From: Bacilli bacterium
GTDB taxonomy: Bacteria; Bacillota; Bacilli; JACDOE01
Assembly: GCA_041686735.1 (NCBI GenBank)
Contig: JAWLDF010000013.1
Coordinates: 5,354-69,353, forward strand
DNA length: 64,000 nucleotides
Direction: 5' to 3'
The notes below the pieces were generated by a model that did not search any database, was not told the DNA's origin, and saw only the letters and a list, made by a program, of their open reading frames with translations. The translations under genes were made by a program, and so were the position numbers. Below, piece by piece: positions 1 through 11,107 of this stretch (its first letter is position 1; each line of letters opens with the position of its first letter).

Positions 1-167
1 CTGCAGCTTCCGAAAATCTAACTGCTGCGGAATCAAGAATTCGTGATACCGATATGGCTCAGGAAATGATGAATTTTACCAAAGCGAATATCTTGAATCA
101 GGCAGCAACTGCAATGCTTGCTCAGGCAAATCAATTACCTCAATCTGTTTTACAATTACTAAGATAA
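1..167 (+). CDS. hag: Flagellin, C-terminal fragment (5' truncated by window)
   Basis: Frame from position 3 reads [54 protein letters not shown], the conserved flagellin C-terminus; not in ORF track. Confidence 0.96.
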   Translation, partial: AASENLTAAESRIRDTDMAQEMMNFTKANILNQAATAMLAQANQLPQSVLQLLR

Positions 168-197
168 TAACCGGTTATATCAAAAATAATTTTGGAG

Positions 198-224
198 AAG
201 CCAGCCATCATTGGTTGGCTTTTT
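198..224 (+). terminator. Intrinsic terminator after flagellin
   Basis: AAGCCAGCCA-TCAT-TGGTTGGCTT hairpin running into a T tract. Confidence 0.75.
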
Positions 225-255
225 CAAAAAAACCCTTTATTGGGGAGGGGAAAAT

Positions 256-1773
256 ATGGATGTTACCAGAATTACAGGCTTAGCTTCAGGAATGGACACA
301 GAGTCTCTTGTTCAAAAGCTGATGAAAGCAGAAAGACAGCCTTTGGATCAGCTTTTTCGCCAGAGACAATTACTAATATGGAAACAGGAAGATTTAAGGT
401 CAATTAATAGTCAGTTACTTTCATTTAAAAACGCCGCTTTTAACTTAAGTTTGCAAAGTACATTTAATCAATTTAATGCAAACAGTACAGATAGTTCAGT
501 AGCGACTGCATCCGTTAGTGGAAGCGCAAACCCGACTACGGTTAATTTATCAATCACCAACCTGGCAACTGCCGCTTCATCACAGAGTACGGTAACCGTT
601 TCAGCAGATCCTGCAAACAAAATAAACCCGGATGATACTCTGGCGAATCAACAGATCAACTTTGCTACCAATTGGTCGAGTACAACTTTTACCATAACAT
701 CCTTTCATCAAGATGGGACATCTACGACAACTAATTTTACCTTTGATCCCAATACTGAATCATTAAATGATGTACTTAGTAAAATAAACAGTGACACGGC
801 TTTAAATGTTTCCGCTTTTTACGATGCTCAGTCTGATAGAGTAGTTATCAGTTCAAACGAGACAGGAAACACCAATTCAACAGGAGCAGATTTGCAATTT
901 ACTGGTGATTTTTTAACGGGAACTCTGGGGTTGACTGATGCAGACGGGGTAGATGCACAATTTACGATTAACGGACTTGCTACGACCAGAAACTCCAATT
1001 CGTTTGAAATTAATGGAATCACGTACACTTTGAAAAATACTGGAAATACTATTATCACCACATCAAGGGACACGGAAGCTATATTCAACTCAATCAAAGA
1101 CTTTGTTGAACAGTACAATTCATTAATTGATATAATTAATGGAGAATTATTTGAAGAACGATATCGTGATTACCCACCTTTAACTGATGAACAGAAGAAT
1201 GACATGTCTGATAGTGAAATTGAAATATGGGAACAAAAGGCACGAAGTGGTATGCTCAGGAACGACTCTATGCTATTAAGCGTTGTAACGAGTCTACAAA
1301 ATGATTGGGTGGATTTTGTTAGTGGAGTTCCTGCGGGAGAATACGATCAAATGTCAGACATTGGTATTAGTACAATTAGTTACAAAACGTATGGAAAGTT
1401 ACAAATTGATGAACAGAAATTAAGGAATGCTATTGAATCTAACTCTGATCAGGTAATGAACTTATTTACCCGGGAGGCACAAACGGGAGAAACTCCCGAA
1501 TACAATTACAATGGGATCGCTACACGGTTAAATAATTCAGCCAACCTGTTTATCGAGCAAATAACTGATAGAGCGGGTTCTTCCATAGATTTTAGCATGT
1601 TTGATAACAGTTCATTAGGTAAACAAATCCGAGAAAAAAATGAACAGATGTCCAAAATGGAACTAAGATTAATTGAAATTGAAGATCGATACTGGAGACA
1701 ATTTACTGAAATGGAAAGAGCGCTTTCCATGATGAATGTACAATCGCAGTGGTTAATGCAGCAATTCGGATAG
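256..1773 (+). CDS. fliD: Flagellar filament cap protein FliD
   Basis: N-term RITGLASGMDTESLVQKLM, C-term EDRYWRQFTEMERALS; ATG at 256 follows GGGGAGGGG RBS. Confidence 0.95.
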   Translation: MDVTRITGLASGMDTESLVQKLMKAERQPLDQLFRQRQLLIWKQEDLRSINSQLLSFKNAAFNLSLQSTFNQFNANSTDSSVATASVSGSANPTTVNLSITNLATAASSQSTVTVSADPANKINPDDTLANQQINFATNWSSTTFTITSFHQDGTSTTTNFTFDPNTESLNDVLSKINSDTALNVSAFYDAQSDRVVISSNETGNTNSTGADLQFTGDFLTGTLGLTDADGVDAQFTINGLATTRNSNSFEINGITYTLKNTGNTIITTSRDTEAIFNSIKDFVEQYNSLIDIINGELFEERYRDYPPLTDEQKNDMSDSEIEIWEQKARSGMLRNDSMLLSVVTSLQNDWVDFVSGVPAGEYDQMSDIGISTISYKTYGKLQIDEQKLRNAIESNSDQVMNLFTREAQTGETPEYNYNGIATRLNNSANLFIEQITDRAGSSIDFSMFDNSSLGKQIREKNEQMSKMELRLIEIEDRYWRQFTEMERALSMMNVQSQWLMQQFG

Positions 1774-1785
1774 GCAGGTGAAAAG

Positions 1786-2169
1786 ATGCATCCAATTACC
1801 AATCAGTATCAAAAGTATCAAGATGGTCAGATCATGACGGCTTCAGGTCCCGAACTAACTTTACTGCTTTATGAAGGAGCAGTAAAAAATTTAAAAAAAG
1901 CAAAGCAAGCTCTTTCAAATTCAGATTATGAGAAAGCGAACGAAAGCTTAATTAAGGTTCAGGATATTTATTATGAATTGATGGTAACTCTTGATGATAG
2001 TTATGAAATCTCACATTCCCTGAAACAATTGTATCAATTTTTAATTGAAAAGGTGCTTATGATTAACATTCGTAAAAATGCTAAGGAAATTGATGAAATC
2101 TTACCGATAGCACAGGAATTTGTTTCAACCTGGAAAGAAGCTATTAAATTGGCAAAACAACAAGGGTAG
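1786..2169 (+). CDS. fliS: Flagellin export chaperone FliS
   Basis: TASGPELTLLLYEGAVK, LKQLYQF, TWKEA motifs; follows fliD. Confidence 0.93.
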   Translation: MHPITNQYQKYQDGQIMTASGPELTLLLYEGAVKNLKKAKQALSNSDYEKANESLIKVQDIYYELMVTLDDSYEISHSLKQLYQFLIEKVLMINIRKNAKEIDEILPIAQEFVSTWKEAIKLAKQQG

Positions 2170-2174
2170 TTCAA

Positions 2175-2621
2175 ATGAAGATATCAATTGATTTATTAAA
2201 AGAGAATCGTGTAAAAAAGATAAGCTTACTTAAGAAGATGGAAAGTTGCTTATCTGAAGTTTTAAGACGGGATGATCCATTAGATAAATTAACTGATCAA
2301 ATAGTTCAAATAGACAAGTTAATCGAAACCATAAATGAGCTAGATTTAGAATATGGGTCCAAAATATTGCCAAGCAATGTAGATCGTTCAATAGTAGACA
2401 AAGAATTAGAGGATATAAATCAAAATTTAAATGACATATTAGTCAAAGTACAAAAGTTACACAAACAGTTGTATGATATTCTGGAAACCTCCTATGAAAT
2501 GAAGAAGCAACAACTAGATGAAATAAAAAAGAAAAGGGAAGAATTTAAAATTCAAAAAAAAGTGGTTGAGAAATATTATCCTCGCTATCATCAATCCGCT
2601 TTTTTTGATAACAAAGGTTGA
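2175..2621 (+). CDS. FliT/FlgN-like helical flagellar chaperone
   Basis: Helical 148 aa after fliS, ends in SAFFDNKG as FliT/FlgN-type chaperones often do. Confidence 0.55.
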   Translation: MKISIDLLKENRVKKISLLKKMESCLSEVLRRDDPLDKLTDQIVQIDKLIETINELDLEYGSKILPSNVDRSIVDKELEDINQNLNDILVKVQKLHKQLYDILETSYEMKKQQLDEIKKKREEFKIQKKVVEKYYPRYHQSAFFDNKG

Positions 2622-2635
2622 TTTGGAGGTGTTAA

Positions 2636-3007
2636 TTGATGAATGATGTTGAAGTATCAGATGTCTTAACCACCGGAATTGAATATATTGAAAGAGCAAA
2701 TCGGAATCGAGCCTTAATAAATGACGCTTTTTACAGTGGGGATCAACAAAAAGCATCACAACTCCTGCTGGAGTTTATTGAAGGATTTAATTGGTTGGAA
2801 CAAGTAACCATACTGACAGATTTGGAACGTTCCGAGGAGCAAAAAGAGATTTTAACTGAATTTATTAATAATCTTAATCTGTCACTAAAAAATAATGACT
2901 GGGTATCCGTTGCTGATGTGGTTGAATATGAAATCAGTGGGGTGCTGGATATTTACAAACAGATGTTTAAGAATAGTTTGGAGGCAAGAGAAGAGGGGAA
3001 ATCATGA
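2636..3007 (+). CDS. Hypothetical protein, overlaps maf start
   Basis: GGAGGTG RBS, 123 aa acidic helical protein, 4-bp overlap with next gene. Confidence 0.75.
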   Translation: MMNDVEVSDVLTTGIEYIERANRNRALINDAFYSGDQQKASQLLLEFIEGFNWLEQVTILTDLERSEEQKEILTEFINNLNLSLKNNDWVSVADVVEYEISGVLDIYKQMFKNSLEAREEGKS

Positions 3008-4875
3008 GTCTTATAGATAAAAATCTTGATGCTTTGATGTACCATTTAAATGAAAAAATAATTTATGAGATTTCTCATGCGTCTACGGACAAAGTATTTA
3101 TTAAACCTAGTAAACTAAGTGATCATATGACTCTTTCTTTTGAAACAGAGAATGGTGAAGAAATATACATTCATAGCAAATATGATCCTGAAAAAGAAGC
3201 GAAAAAAATAGTGGAAGCAGTTCCTGAACATTCTAATGCGGATGTGATTTTTTGTCTTGGGTTTGGATTGGGATATCATATAGAGTACCTTCGTAGAAAG
3301 ATAAAAGATAACGCGCGAGTTATAGTCATTGATACGAATTTATCGATATTAAGGAAGGTCTTAAGTGAAAAAGATTTCACTGAGTTATTTAATGATAGAC
3401 GATTTATCTTTTTGTTTTGTAATGACAATATGTTGAATAATCAAATTTCAAATTTAGTCAATTCATTAAATGGAATTATACTTCATAATGCCCCTGTGAT
3501 TTTTTTACAACCTATGGAAAGAATCACCCCAAATTTTTTTGTAAAAATAGTCAATGCTTATCAATTGGCCGGAAAGAATTTTTGGCAAAATATTGGTAAT
3601 GATCCCGATGATACTCTGATGGGCTTTGAACATACTTTTCACAATATGAACCATATTTTGAAAAGTTATTCCCTTAAAAAATTAAAGGACTATTATAAAG
3701 GAGTGCCCGCATTTTGTGTTGCAGCAGGTCCATCATTAGAAAAAAATATCCATCAGTTAAAAAGAATTAATCAAAATGCTATTATCATTTCCTGTGATGC
3801 AGCTCTGGAAAGATTAAAACGAGAAGGCATACAACCGCATTTTGTTACTTCTATGGAGCGTACGGAAATAGTCTATAATAAGTTCTACAAAGATAAAGAA
3901 TTAAATCCCAATACAATTTTGGTTGGGTTAAATGTTCTATTAAAGAAAGTATTTGAAGAATACCCTGGAAAAAAGATTATAGCAGGAAGATCTACCACTC
4001 CGTTTGAAGTTAAATTAGCTGAATTCCTTACCAATTTTTCACTGATAAACGGTGGTAGCAGTGTAGCTCATATGGCTTATTCACTGGCAAAAGAAATGGG
4101 TTGTGAACCAATTGTGTTAGTTGGACAAGATTTAGCATACGGGGAAGATGGAAGTACCCATGTTAAAGGTATTAAAGATCCTATAGCTGAGGAATACAGA
4201 AATAATGCTATGAGTAACGGCTCAGGTATTTATGTTGAAGGAATAGATGGAAAACCTGTATTAACGAATTTAACTTGGAGCAGGTTTCTTGAATGGTTTG
4301 AGATTGATATTCAAAAAACAGATAAATTAGTGATTGATGCAAGCGAAGGTGGAGCCAAAATTAATGGAACTGAAATAAAATCTCTTCAAGAGGTTCTTGA
4401 TCAGTATCTTTCGGAAAAGAAAATTACAGATCCCAATGCTTTATTGGATAAGGAAGATATAGGATCTGAATTGATAGAACAAAATCTTACAAAATTAATC
4501 AATTATTGTGAAGAAGAAGTGCAAAAAATAAATAATGTTTATGAATTAATTAAAGGGTTAAAAAAAGAGATAAAGATTATAGAAGAAGCGATCTTGAAAA
4601 AGGATATAGACCGAATTTCAAAACATTTATCCATATTTGAGGATATTTTCGATGCTATTCCTCCAATTAGTTATATGTTTACTTTTTCTGTTCAATATCT
4701 TATTTACAAACATTATGAGTATGCAAATAAAAATGAATTTGAATCTTTCGCACAACTTAGTAGTTTAATTTCATATATGAAAGAATTGGCTGAAAAATAT
4801 GAAGATGTCAATAGAAAATTGTATAGATTGTTTAATCACTTTATTAGTCAACAGAAAGAATTTCAAATAAAATAA
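3004..4875 (+). CDS. Motility-associated factor (Maf) flagellin glycosyltransferase
   Basis: IHSKYDP, GFGLGY, AAGPSLEKN, GGSSVAH, LVGQDLAY, DASEGGAKI motifs of Maf family. Confidence 0.88.
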   Translation: MSLIDKNLDALMYHLNEKIIYEISHASTDKVFIKPSKLSDHMTLSFETENGEEIYIHSKYDPEKEAKKIVEAVPEHSNADVIFCLGFGLGYHIEYLRRKIKDNARVIVIDTNLSILRKVLSEKDFTELFNDRRFIFLFCNDNMLNNQISNLVNSLNGIILHNAPVIFLQPMERITPNFFVKIVNAYQLAGKNFWQNIGNDPDDTLMGFEHTFHNMNHILKSYSLKKLKDYYKGVPAFCVAAGPSLEKNIHQLKRINQNAIIISCDAALERLKREGIQPHFVTSMERTEIVYNKFYKDKELNPNTILVGLNVLLKKVFEEYPGKKIIAGRSTTPFEVKLAEFLTNFSLINGGSSVAHMAYSLAKEMGCEPIVLVGQDLAYGEDGSTHVKGIKDPIAEEYRNNAMSNGSGIYVEGIDGKPVLTNLTWSRFLEWFEIDIQKTDKLVIDASEGGAKINGTEIKSLQEVLDQYLSEKKITDPNALLDKEDIGSELIEQNLTKLINYCEEEVQKINNVYELIKGLKKEIKIIEEAILKKDIDRISKHLSIFEDIFDAIPPISYMFTFSVQYLIYKHYEYANKNEFESFAQLSSLISYMKELAEKYEDVNRKLYRLFNHFISQQKEFQIK

Positions 4876-4888
4876 TAACCATATGTGA

Positions 4889-5860
<972 letters not shown>

Positions 5861-5889
5861 GATAAGCAGGTCAAAGTGGAGGAATTCCG

Positions 5890-6432
5890 ATGACTTATTT
5901 TTTAAAAGGGAAAAAAGTAGGATTAAGAAACTTGACACAGGATGATATTTCAATAACATATCTTTGTTGGATAAACGACCAAGAAGTTACCGCTTTTCTT
6001 GAAACTGGTTTTTTTCCAGGCCATTTAGATGAATTGCGGAATTATCTAGAGAAAGAAAACCGAAGTCAAGATATTTTTTTGGGCATTTTTGATATAAAAA
6101 AAGATACACATATTGGTAATATTAAGCTTTCTTCAATTAATTGGATTCATCGAACGGCCGAATTGGGTATATTAATTGGGGAAAAAGCATATTGGGGTCA
6201 GGGATTCGGCGGAGAATCAGTTTCACTTTTGGTAAACCATGCTTTTCAAACATTAAACCTGAGAAAAATATACCTAGGAGTTTATGAAAATCACCAGGCA
6301 GCAATAAACTCCTATAAAAATCAAGGATTTGAAATAGAGGGAATTTTAAAAGATCATTATTTTTATAAAGGAAAGTATGTGGGTAAAGTATATATGGCGA
6401 TTTATAACAAAAATGGTGAACAAAATGGATAA
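5890..6432 (+). CDS. GNAT (RimJ/RimL-like) N-acyltransferase
   Basis: HIGNIKL, AELGILIGEKAYWGQGFG, N..AI..Y...GFEIEG motifs. Confidence 0.85.
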   Translation: MTYFLKGKKVGLRNLTQDDISITYLCWINDQEVTAFLETGFFPGHLDELRNYLEKENRSQDIFLGIFDIKKDTHIGNIKLSSINWIHRTAELGILIGEKAYWGQGFGGESVSLLVNHAFQTLNLRKIYLGVYENHQAAINSYKNQGFEIEGILKDHYFYKGKYVGKVYMAIYNKNGEQNG

Positions 6433-7324
6433 TAATCATTTTAATAAACTTGGACTTGGAACAGTTCAATTTGGTATGCACTATGGAAGATTTAACAGTG
6501 ATGGACAGCCACCAATTGAAGAAGTTACACAAATTCTACAAGAAGCCAATCAAATAGGTATACAATTGCTAGATACTTCACCTTCATATGGAGAAAGTGA
6601 AATAGTATTAGGAAAAACTTTACCTGAAAAACATTCATTTTATATTGTTACAAAAACCCCTATTTTTAAAAAAACAAATTTAAATGCAAATGATATATCA
6701 ATGATACCAAGGAGTTTTTTGAACTCATTAGATAATTTAAAACAAAATTCTATCTACGGACTACTTGTACACCATGCCGATGATTTATTAACAAACGGAA
6801 GTGAAAATCTTTTCAAAGAAATACAGAATCTTAAAGATCAAAAACTCGTTCAAAAAGTAGGGGTATCAGTTTATACAAAAGAACAAATTGTAGAAGTCAT
6901 TAATAGGTATCCAATTGATATCGTTCAAATTCCAATTAATATATTTGATCAAAGATTAATTCAAGATGGTACATTACGATGGTTGAAAGATCGAAAGATA
7001 GAAATACATGCTCGCTCTATATTTCTACAGGGATTATTGATTAACAAACCCGACAATATAGATTCTTATTTTGATTATTATAAATCACACATTCGAAATT
7101 ATCATAGAAAATTGGATAAATTGGGGATATCTCCAGTTCAAGCTGCTTTAGGATTTATCAAGGAAATCGAAGAAATTGATTTTATGGTTGTTGGTGTAGA
7201 TACATATCGTCAATTTGAAAATATTGTTTATGAATATAAAAAACCATGGAAACCTGTTTCATTTGAAGATGATTGTATTGAAGTTGAAAATATAGTAAAT
7301 CCATCATTATGGAAAGTAGATTGA
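6425..7324 (+). CDS. Aldo/keto reductase
   Basis: LGLGTVQFG, LDTSPSYGESE, GVSVY, QIPINIFDQR, HARSIFLQG; start MDNN overlaps upstream stop. Confidence 0.85.
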   Translation: MDNNHFNKLGLGTVQFGMHYGRFNSDGQPPIEEVTQILQEANQIGIQLLDTSPSYGESEIVLGKTLPEKHSFYIVTKTPIFKKTNLNANDISMIPRSFLNSLDNLKQNSIYGLLVHHADDLLTNGSENLFKEIQNLKDQKLVQKVGVSVYTKEQIVEVINRYPIDIVQIPINIFDQRLIQDGTLRWLKDRKIEIHARSIFLQGLLINKPDNIDSYFDYYKSHIRNYHRKLDKLGISPVQAALGFIKEIEEIDFMVVGVDTYRQFENIVYEYKKPWKPVSFEDDCIEVENIVNPSLWKVD

Positions 7325-7338
7325 TAAGGGAGAGGACT

Positions 7339-8118
7339 ATGAATCTGGCGATTATTCAGGCAAGAATGTCATCGACCCGTTTACCGGGAAAAGTAATAAA
7401 ATCTATTCTTGGTCAACCGTTATTAATCAGGCTGGTGGAAAGAGTTAAACGATCCAATCAATTGGATAATATTGTAGTAGCTACAAGTAGAGAAGTTACA
7501 GATGATGTTATCGCTGAGTTATGCGAGCAACATTCTATACAATGTTATAGAGGTTCATTAGAGGATGTATTGGATCGTTTCTATCAAGCTGCATCCTTAT
7601 TTTGTCCCTCAAACATCATTAGAATTACTGGAGATTGTCCACTAGTAGATCCTGAACTTATCGATAAAATTATTCAATTTCATGAAGATGGTGGATTTGA
7701 TTACACAAGTAATACGATTGAACCGACGTTCCCCGATGGATTGGATGTTGAGGTTTTTAAATATTATTGCTTAAAACAAGCATGGCAAGAATCAAAATTA
7801 CCTTCTGAAAGGGAACATGTTACTCCTTTTTTTTATAATAATCCTCAGAGATTTAAATTAGGCAATTTTAAAGGTCAAAGGGACTTATCACATTTACGTT
7901 GGACTGTAGATAATCATGAGGATTTTATACTTGTTTCAAGGATCTACCAGGAATTGTATCCATCAAATTCTAATTTTACCACAAAGGATATTTTATCTTT
8001 CATAACAAAATATCCTGAAGTGAATAACATAAATTCCAATTTTCAACGAAATGAAGGATACTTAGTATCATTGAAAAATGATTTAGAAAACCAGGCATCC
8101 AAAATAAAGGAGATGTAA
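7339..8118 (+). CDS. SpsF-like cytidylyltransferase (likely CMP-nonulosonate synthetase replacing PseF)
   Basis: IIQARMSSTRLPGKV, GSLEDVLDRF, RITGDCPL, PDGLDVE, REHVTP, RWTVD. Confidence 0.82.
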   Translation: MNLAIIQARMSSTRLPGKVIKSILGQPLLIRLVERVKRSNQLDNIVVATSREVTDDVIAELCEQHSIQCYRGSLEDVLDRFYQAASLFCPSNIIRITGDCPLVDPELIDKIIQFHEDGGFDYTSNTIEPTFPDGLDVEVFKYYCLKQAWQESKLPSEREHVTPFFYNNPQRFKLGNFKGQRDLSHLRWTVDNHEDFILVSRIYQELYPSNSNFTTKDILSFITKYPEVNNINSNFQRNEGYLVSLKNDLENQASKIKEM

Positions 8119-8123
8119 CGGAG

Positions 8124-9416
8124 ATGACATTGGGGAAGTTTTCAGAATCAGAAAAAATGTTAGAAAGAGCGTTAAAAACTATACCTCTTGGAAGCCAAAC
8201 ATTTAGTAAAAGTAAGGTTCAATTTCCTTACGGTGTTTCCCCATATTTTATTGTTAAAGGACATGGAAGCCACGTTTGGGATGTAGATGGGAATGAATAT
8301 GTTGACTTTATAAACAGTTTGTTATCAATTACCCTAGGATATAATGATCCCGAAGTGAATCAAGCCGTTAATGAACAATTACAAGATGGTACAATTTTTT
8401 CTCTTCCTCATCCGTTGGAAATTGAGGTGGCAGAAAAAATTACCGAGCTAGTTCCTTCTGTTGAAAAAGTCAGGTTTGGTAAAAATGGATCTGATGCTAC
8501 TTCTGCCGCTATTAGACTCTCACGAGCTTTTACTAAACGAGATCATGTGGCAATATGCGGATATCATGGATGGCAAGATTGGTACATAGGAGCTACAGTA
8601 AGAAATTTAGGAGTACCTGAGTCTACACAAAAATTAACTCACCAGTTTGTATATAATGATATTTCTTCATTACATCAAATTTTTAAAAGTTATCCTGAAC
8701 AGGTTGCCGCTGTAATTATGGAACCTATGAATGCGGTTGAACCGGAACAAGGTTTTTTGGAGGAAGTAAAAGAAATAACTCACAAGAATGGTGCTGTTCT
8801 AATTTTCGATGAAACGATCACTGGTTTTCGTTTTTCAAAAGGAGGAGCTCAGGAATTATTTGGCGTTCAACCAGATTTAACGACATTTGGCAAAGGATTG
8901 GCAAACGGATTTCCCCTGTCTGCTATTGGTGGAAGAGCTGACATCATGCAATTAATGGAAGAAATATTTTTCTCATTTACTTTTGGCGGTGAAACTCTTT
9001 CATTAGCTGCTTCTAAGGCAACGCTTCAAAAAATTGAACGGGAACCCATATTGGAGAAAATAAGGGAACAGGGAGAAAAGGTTAAACAGGAAACCATAAG
9101 ATTAATTAATAAATATTCTTTAAATGATATTATGAGTATTTCGGGTCATCCATCGTGGACTTTTTTGCATTTCAAAGATTCCAATGGATACAGTTTATGG
9201 GAGATAAAAACTTTATTTATGCAAGAAGTTATTAAAAGGGGAATATTATCCTACGGAACTCATAACATGAGTTATGCTCATAGTAATGAGGATATTTCTA
9301 AATTAATCGCTGTATATGAACAAGTATTTCCTATAATTAGAGATGCTGTAGAAAACCAGAAATTTAATGAATTTCTAAATTGCAAACCCCTTGAACCTTT
9401 ATTTAAAATTCGTTAA
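8124..9416 (+). CDS. Class III PLP aminotransferase (GSA-aminomutase-like fold)
   Basis: DVDGNEYVD, RFGKNGSDAT, YHGWQDW, LIFDETITGFR, PDLTTFGKGLANG. Confidence 0.85.
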   Translation: MTLGKFSESEKMLERALKTIPLGSQTFSKSKVQFPYGVSPYFIVKGHGSHVWDVDGNEYVDFINSLLSITLGYNDPEVNQAVNEQLQDGTIFSLPHPLEIEVAEKITELVPSVEKVRFGKNGSDATSAAIRLSRAFTKRDHVAICGYHGWQDWYIGATVRNLGVPESTQKLTHQFVYNDISSLHQIFKSYPEQVAAVIMEPMNAVEPEQGFLEEVKEITHKNGAVLIFDETITGFRFSKGGAQELFGVQPDLTTFGKGLANGFPLSAIGGRADIMQLMEEIFFSFTFGGETLSLAASKATLQKIEREPILEKIREQGEKVKQETIRLINKYSLNDIMSISGHPSWTFLHFKDSNGYSLWEIKTLFMQEVIKRGILSYGTHNMSYAHSNEDISKLIAVYEQVFPIIRDAVENQKFNEFLNCKPLEPLFKIR

Positions 9417-9435
9417 CTATAATGAGGATATTACT

Positions 9436-10536
9436 ATGAAGAACATGGTATTCCGGGTAGATGCATCTTACGAAATTGGTACGGGTCATGTCATGAGATG
9501 TTTAACGCTTGCTCAAGAATTAAAAGAAAGTGGGGTAAAAGTTCACTTTATTTGTAGGGAACTTGATGGAAATTTAAATGATCTTATAGAAGATAGAGGG
9601 TTTATTGTTTACAGACTTAAACATACTCGACATCAACAAATACCCCAGAAAACTATGCATTCAAATTGGCTGGGAGTTCCATGGGAAGTAGACATGGAAG
9701 AAACAAAAAGTGTATTACAAAACATAGACAAAAAAATAAATTGGCTTATTGTTGATCATTATGCAATAGATGCCGACTGGGAGAATAAACTACAGCCATA
9801 CGTGGAAAATATCATGGTTATAGATGATCTGGCAGATCGAAAACATGACTGTGATTTATTGTTAGATCAGAATTATTATAAAAACGAAAAAAAACGTTAT
9901 AATAGTTTAATTCCTAAATCATGCAAGCAATACCTGGGTCCTAATTATTTGTTGTTGAGAAAGGAATTTATAAAAGTTCAACAAAAAATGAAACAGAATC
10001 GTGAAAATATAAATCGCATATTTGTATTCTTTGGTGGATCGGATCCAACTAATCAAACAGGTAAAGTTCTAAAAGCAATTAAAGGACTAAACAATAATTT
10101 ATTTGTTGTAGATGTCGTTGTAGGAAAAAACAATCCTATCAAAAAAACGATTGAAGAAATATGTGAATCAATGCCTAGTGTTAATTATTATAATCAAATA
10201 GATAACATGGCAGAATTAATGCTGAAGGCTGATTTAGCTATTGGAGCGGGAGGAACAACTTTGTGGGAAAGATGCTATCTAGGATTACCCTCAATAGTAA
10301 TAATAGTAGCTCAAAATCAGATTGAAATGGTTAGGGATTTAGAGGAAAAAGGTATTATTTTTAATTTAGGCTGGCATAAAAAAGTTAACAGTAAAATGAT
10401 AAAAGAAAAAATAAATCAACTAATAAAAAATCCAGAGGAAATTAAAGTGGTAGAAAAAAAATTAATGGAATTCATGCAAAAGTTGCATAAAGTTGAAGTC
10501 CATCCAGTAGTTAAAAGTCTCTTAGGAGATGAATAA
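9436..10536 (+). CDS. pseG: UDP-2,4-diacetamido-2,4,6-trideoxy-beta-L-altropyranose hydrolase
   Basis: FRVDASYEIGTGHVMRCLTLA, IVDHY, IDDLADR, FFGGSD, GAGGTTLWER. Confidence 0.88.
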   Translation: MKNMVFRVDASYEIGTGHVMRCLTLAQELKESGVKVHFICRELDGNLNDLIEDRGFIVYRLKHTRHQQIPQKTMHSNWLGVPWEVDMEETKSVLQNIDKKINWLIVDHYAIDADWENKLQPYVENIMVIDDLADRKHDCDLLLDQNYYKNEKKRYNSLIPKSCKQYLGPNYLLLRKEFIKVQQKMKQNRENINRIFVFFGGSDPTNQTGKVLKAIKGLNNNLFVVDVVVGKNNPIKKTIEEICESMPSVNYYNQIDNMAELMLKADLAIGAGGTTLWERCYLGLPSIVIIVAQNQIEMVRDLEEKGIIFNLGWHKKVNSKMIKEKINQLIKNPEEIKVVEKKLMEFMQKLHKVEVHPVVKSLLGDE

Positions 10537-11107
10537 TATGAAGATTAATGATTTTTCTATTAGAAAAATAGAAGAAAAAGATTTGGGGGTAATTCTTAAA
10601 TGGAGGAATTCGGACCGTATCAGAAAAAATATGTATAATGATAAGACTATCACGTTAGATGAACATCTAAATTGGTATAGAAATTGGTCCAAAGATAACA
10701 AGGATATTTATTTTCTTTTTTTATTTGAGAAAGAACCGATTGGAGTTATATCTTTTAATAAAATAGATGAAGAAAAACATAAATGTTATTGGGGTTTTTA
10801 TATAGGGAATAAAAATAGACCATTAAATTCCGGTATGATTATGGGGTATCTCGGCTTAGAATATATTTTTTACAAACGTGATATTCTACAAGTTTTTGGT
10901 GAAAGTTTTGTTTTTAATGAAGCTAGTATTAATTTTCACAAAAGATTAGGATTCAAAGATGAAACTATTATGAAAAATTACATACTTAAAGATGGAAAAT
11001 ATCAAGATGTTGTAAGATTTTGGTTAAGGAAAAGAGATTGGGAAGTAAACAGGCAAAGGGTAAAGAATTTAATAGAAAATTCCTTAATGAGGTGTCGAGA
11101 TGAATGA
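10529..11107 (+). CDS. pseH: UDP-4-amino-sugar N-acetyltransferase
   Basis: WRNSDRIRKNM, EHLNW, WGFYIG, NEASINFHKRLGF; lies between pseG and pseI. Confidence 0.8.
   Translation: MNNMKINDFSIRKIEEKDLGVILKWRNSDRIRKNMYNDKTITLDEHLNWYRNWSKDNKDIYFLFLFEKEPIGVISFNKIDEEKHKCYWGFYIGNKNRPLNSGMIMGYLGLEYIFYKRDILQVFGESFVFNEASINFHKRLGFKDETIMKNYILKDGKYQDVVRFWLRKRDWEVNRQRVKNLIENSLMRCRDE

Noticed and set aside
192-407. 71-aa ORF and the extended fliD start at 211
   Set aside because: Both begin inside the flagellin terminator; the RBS supports ATG 256
8124-9416. Calling this gene hemL
   Set aside because: Same fold, but it is embedded in a sugar-nucleotide locus with no hem genes
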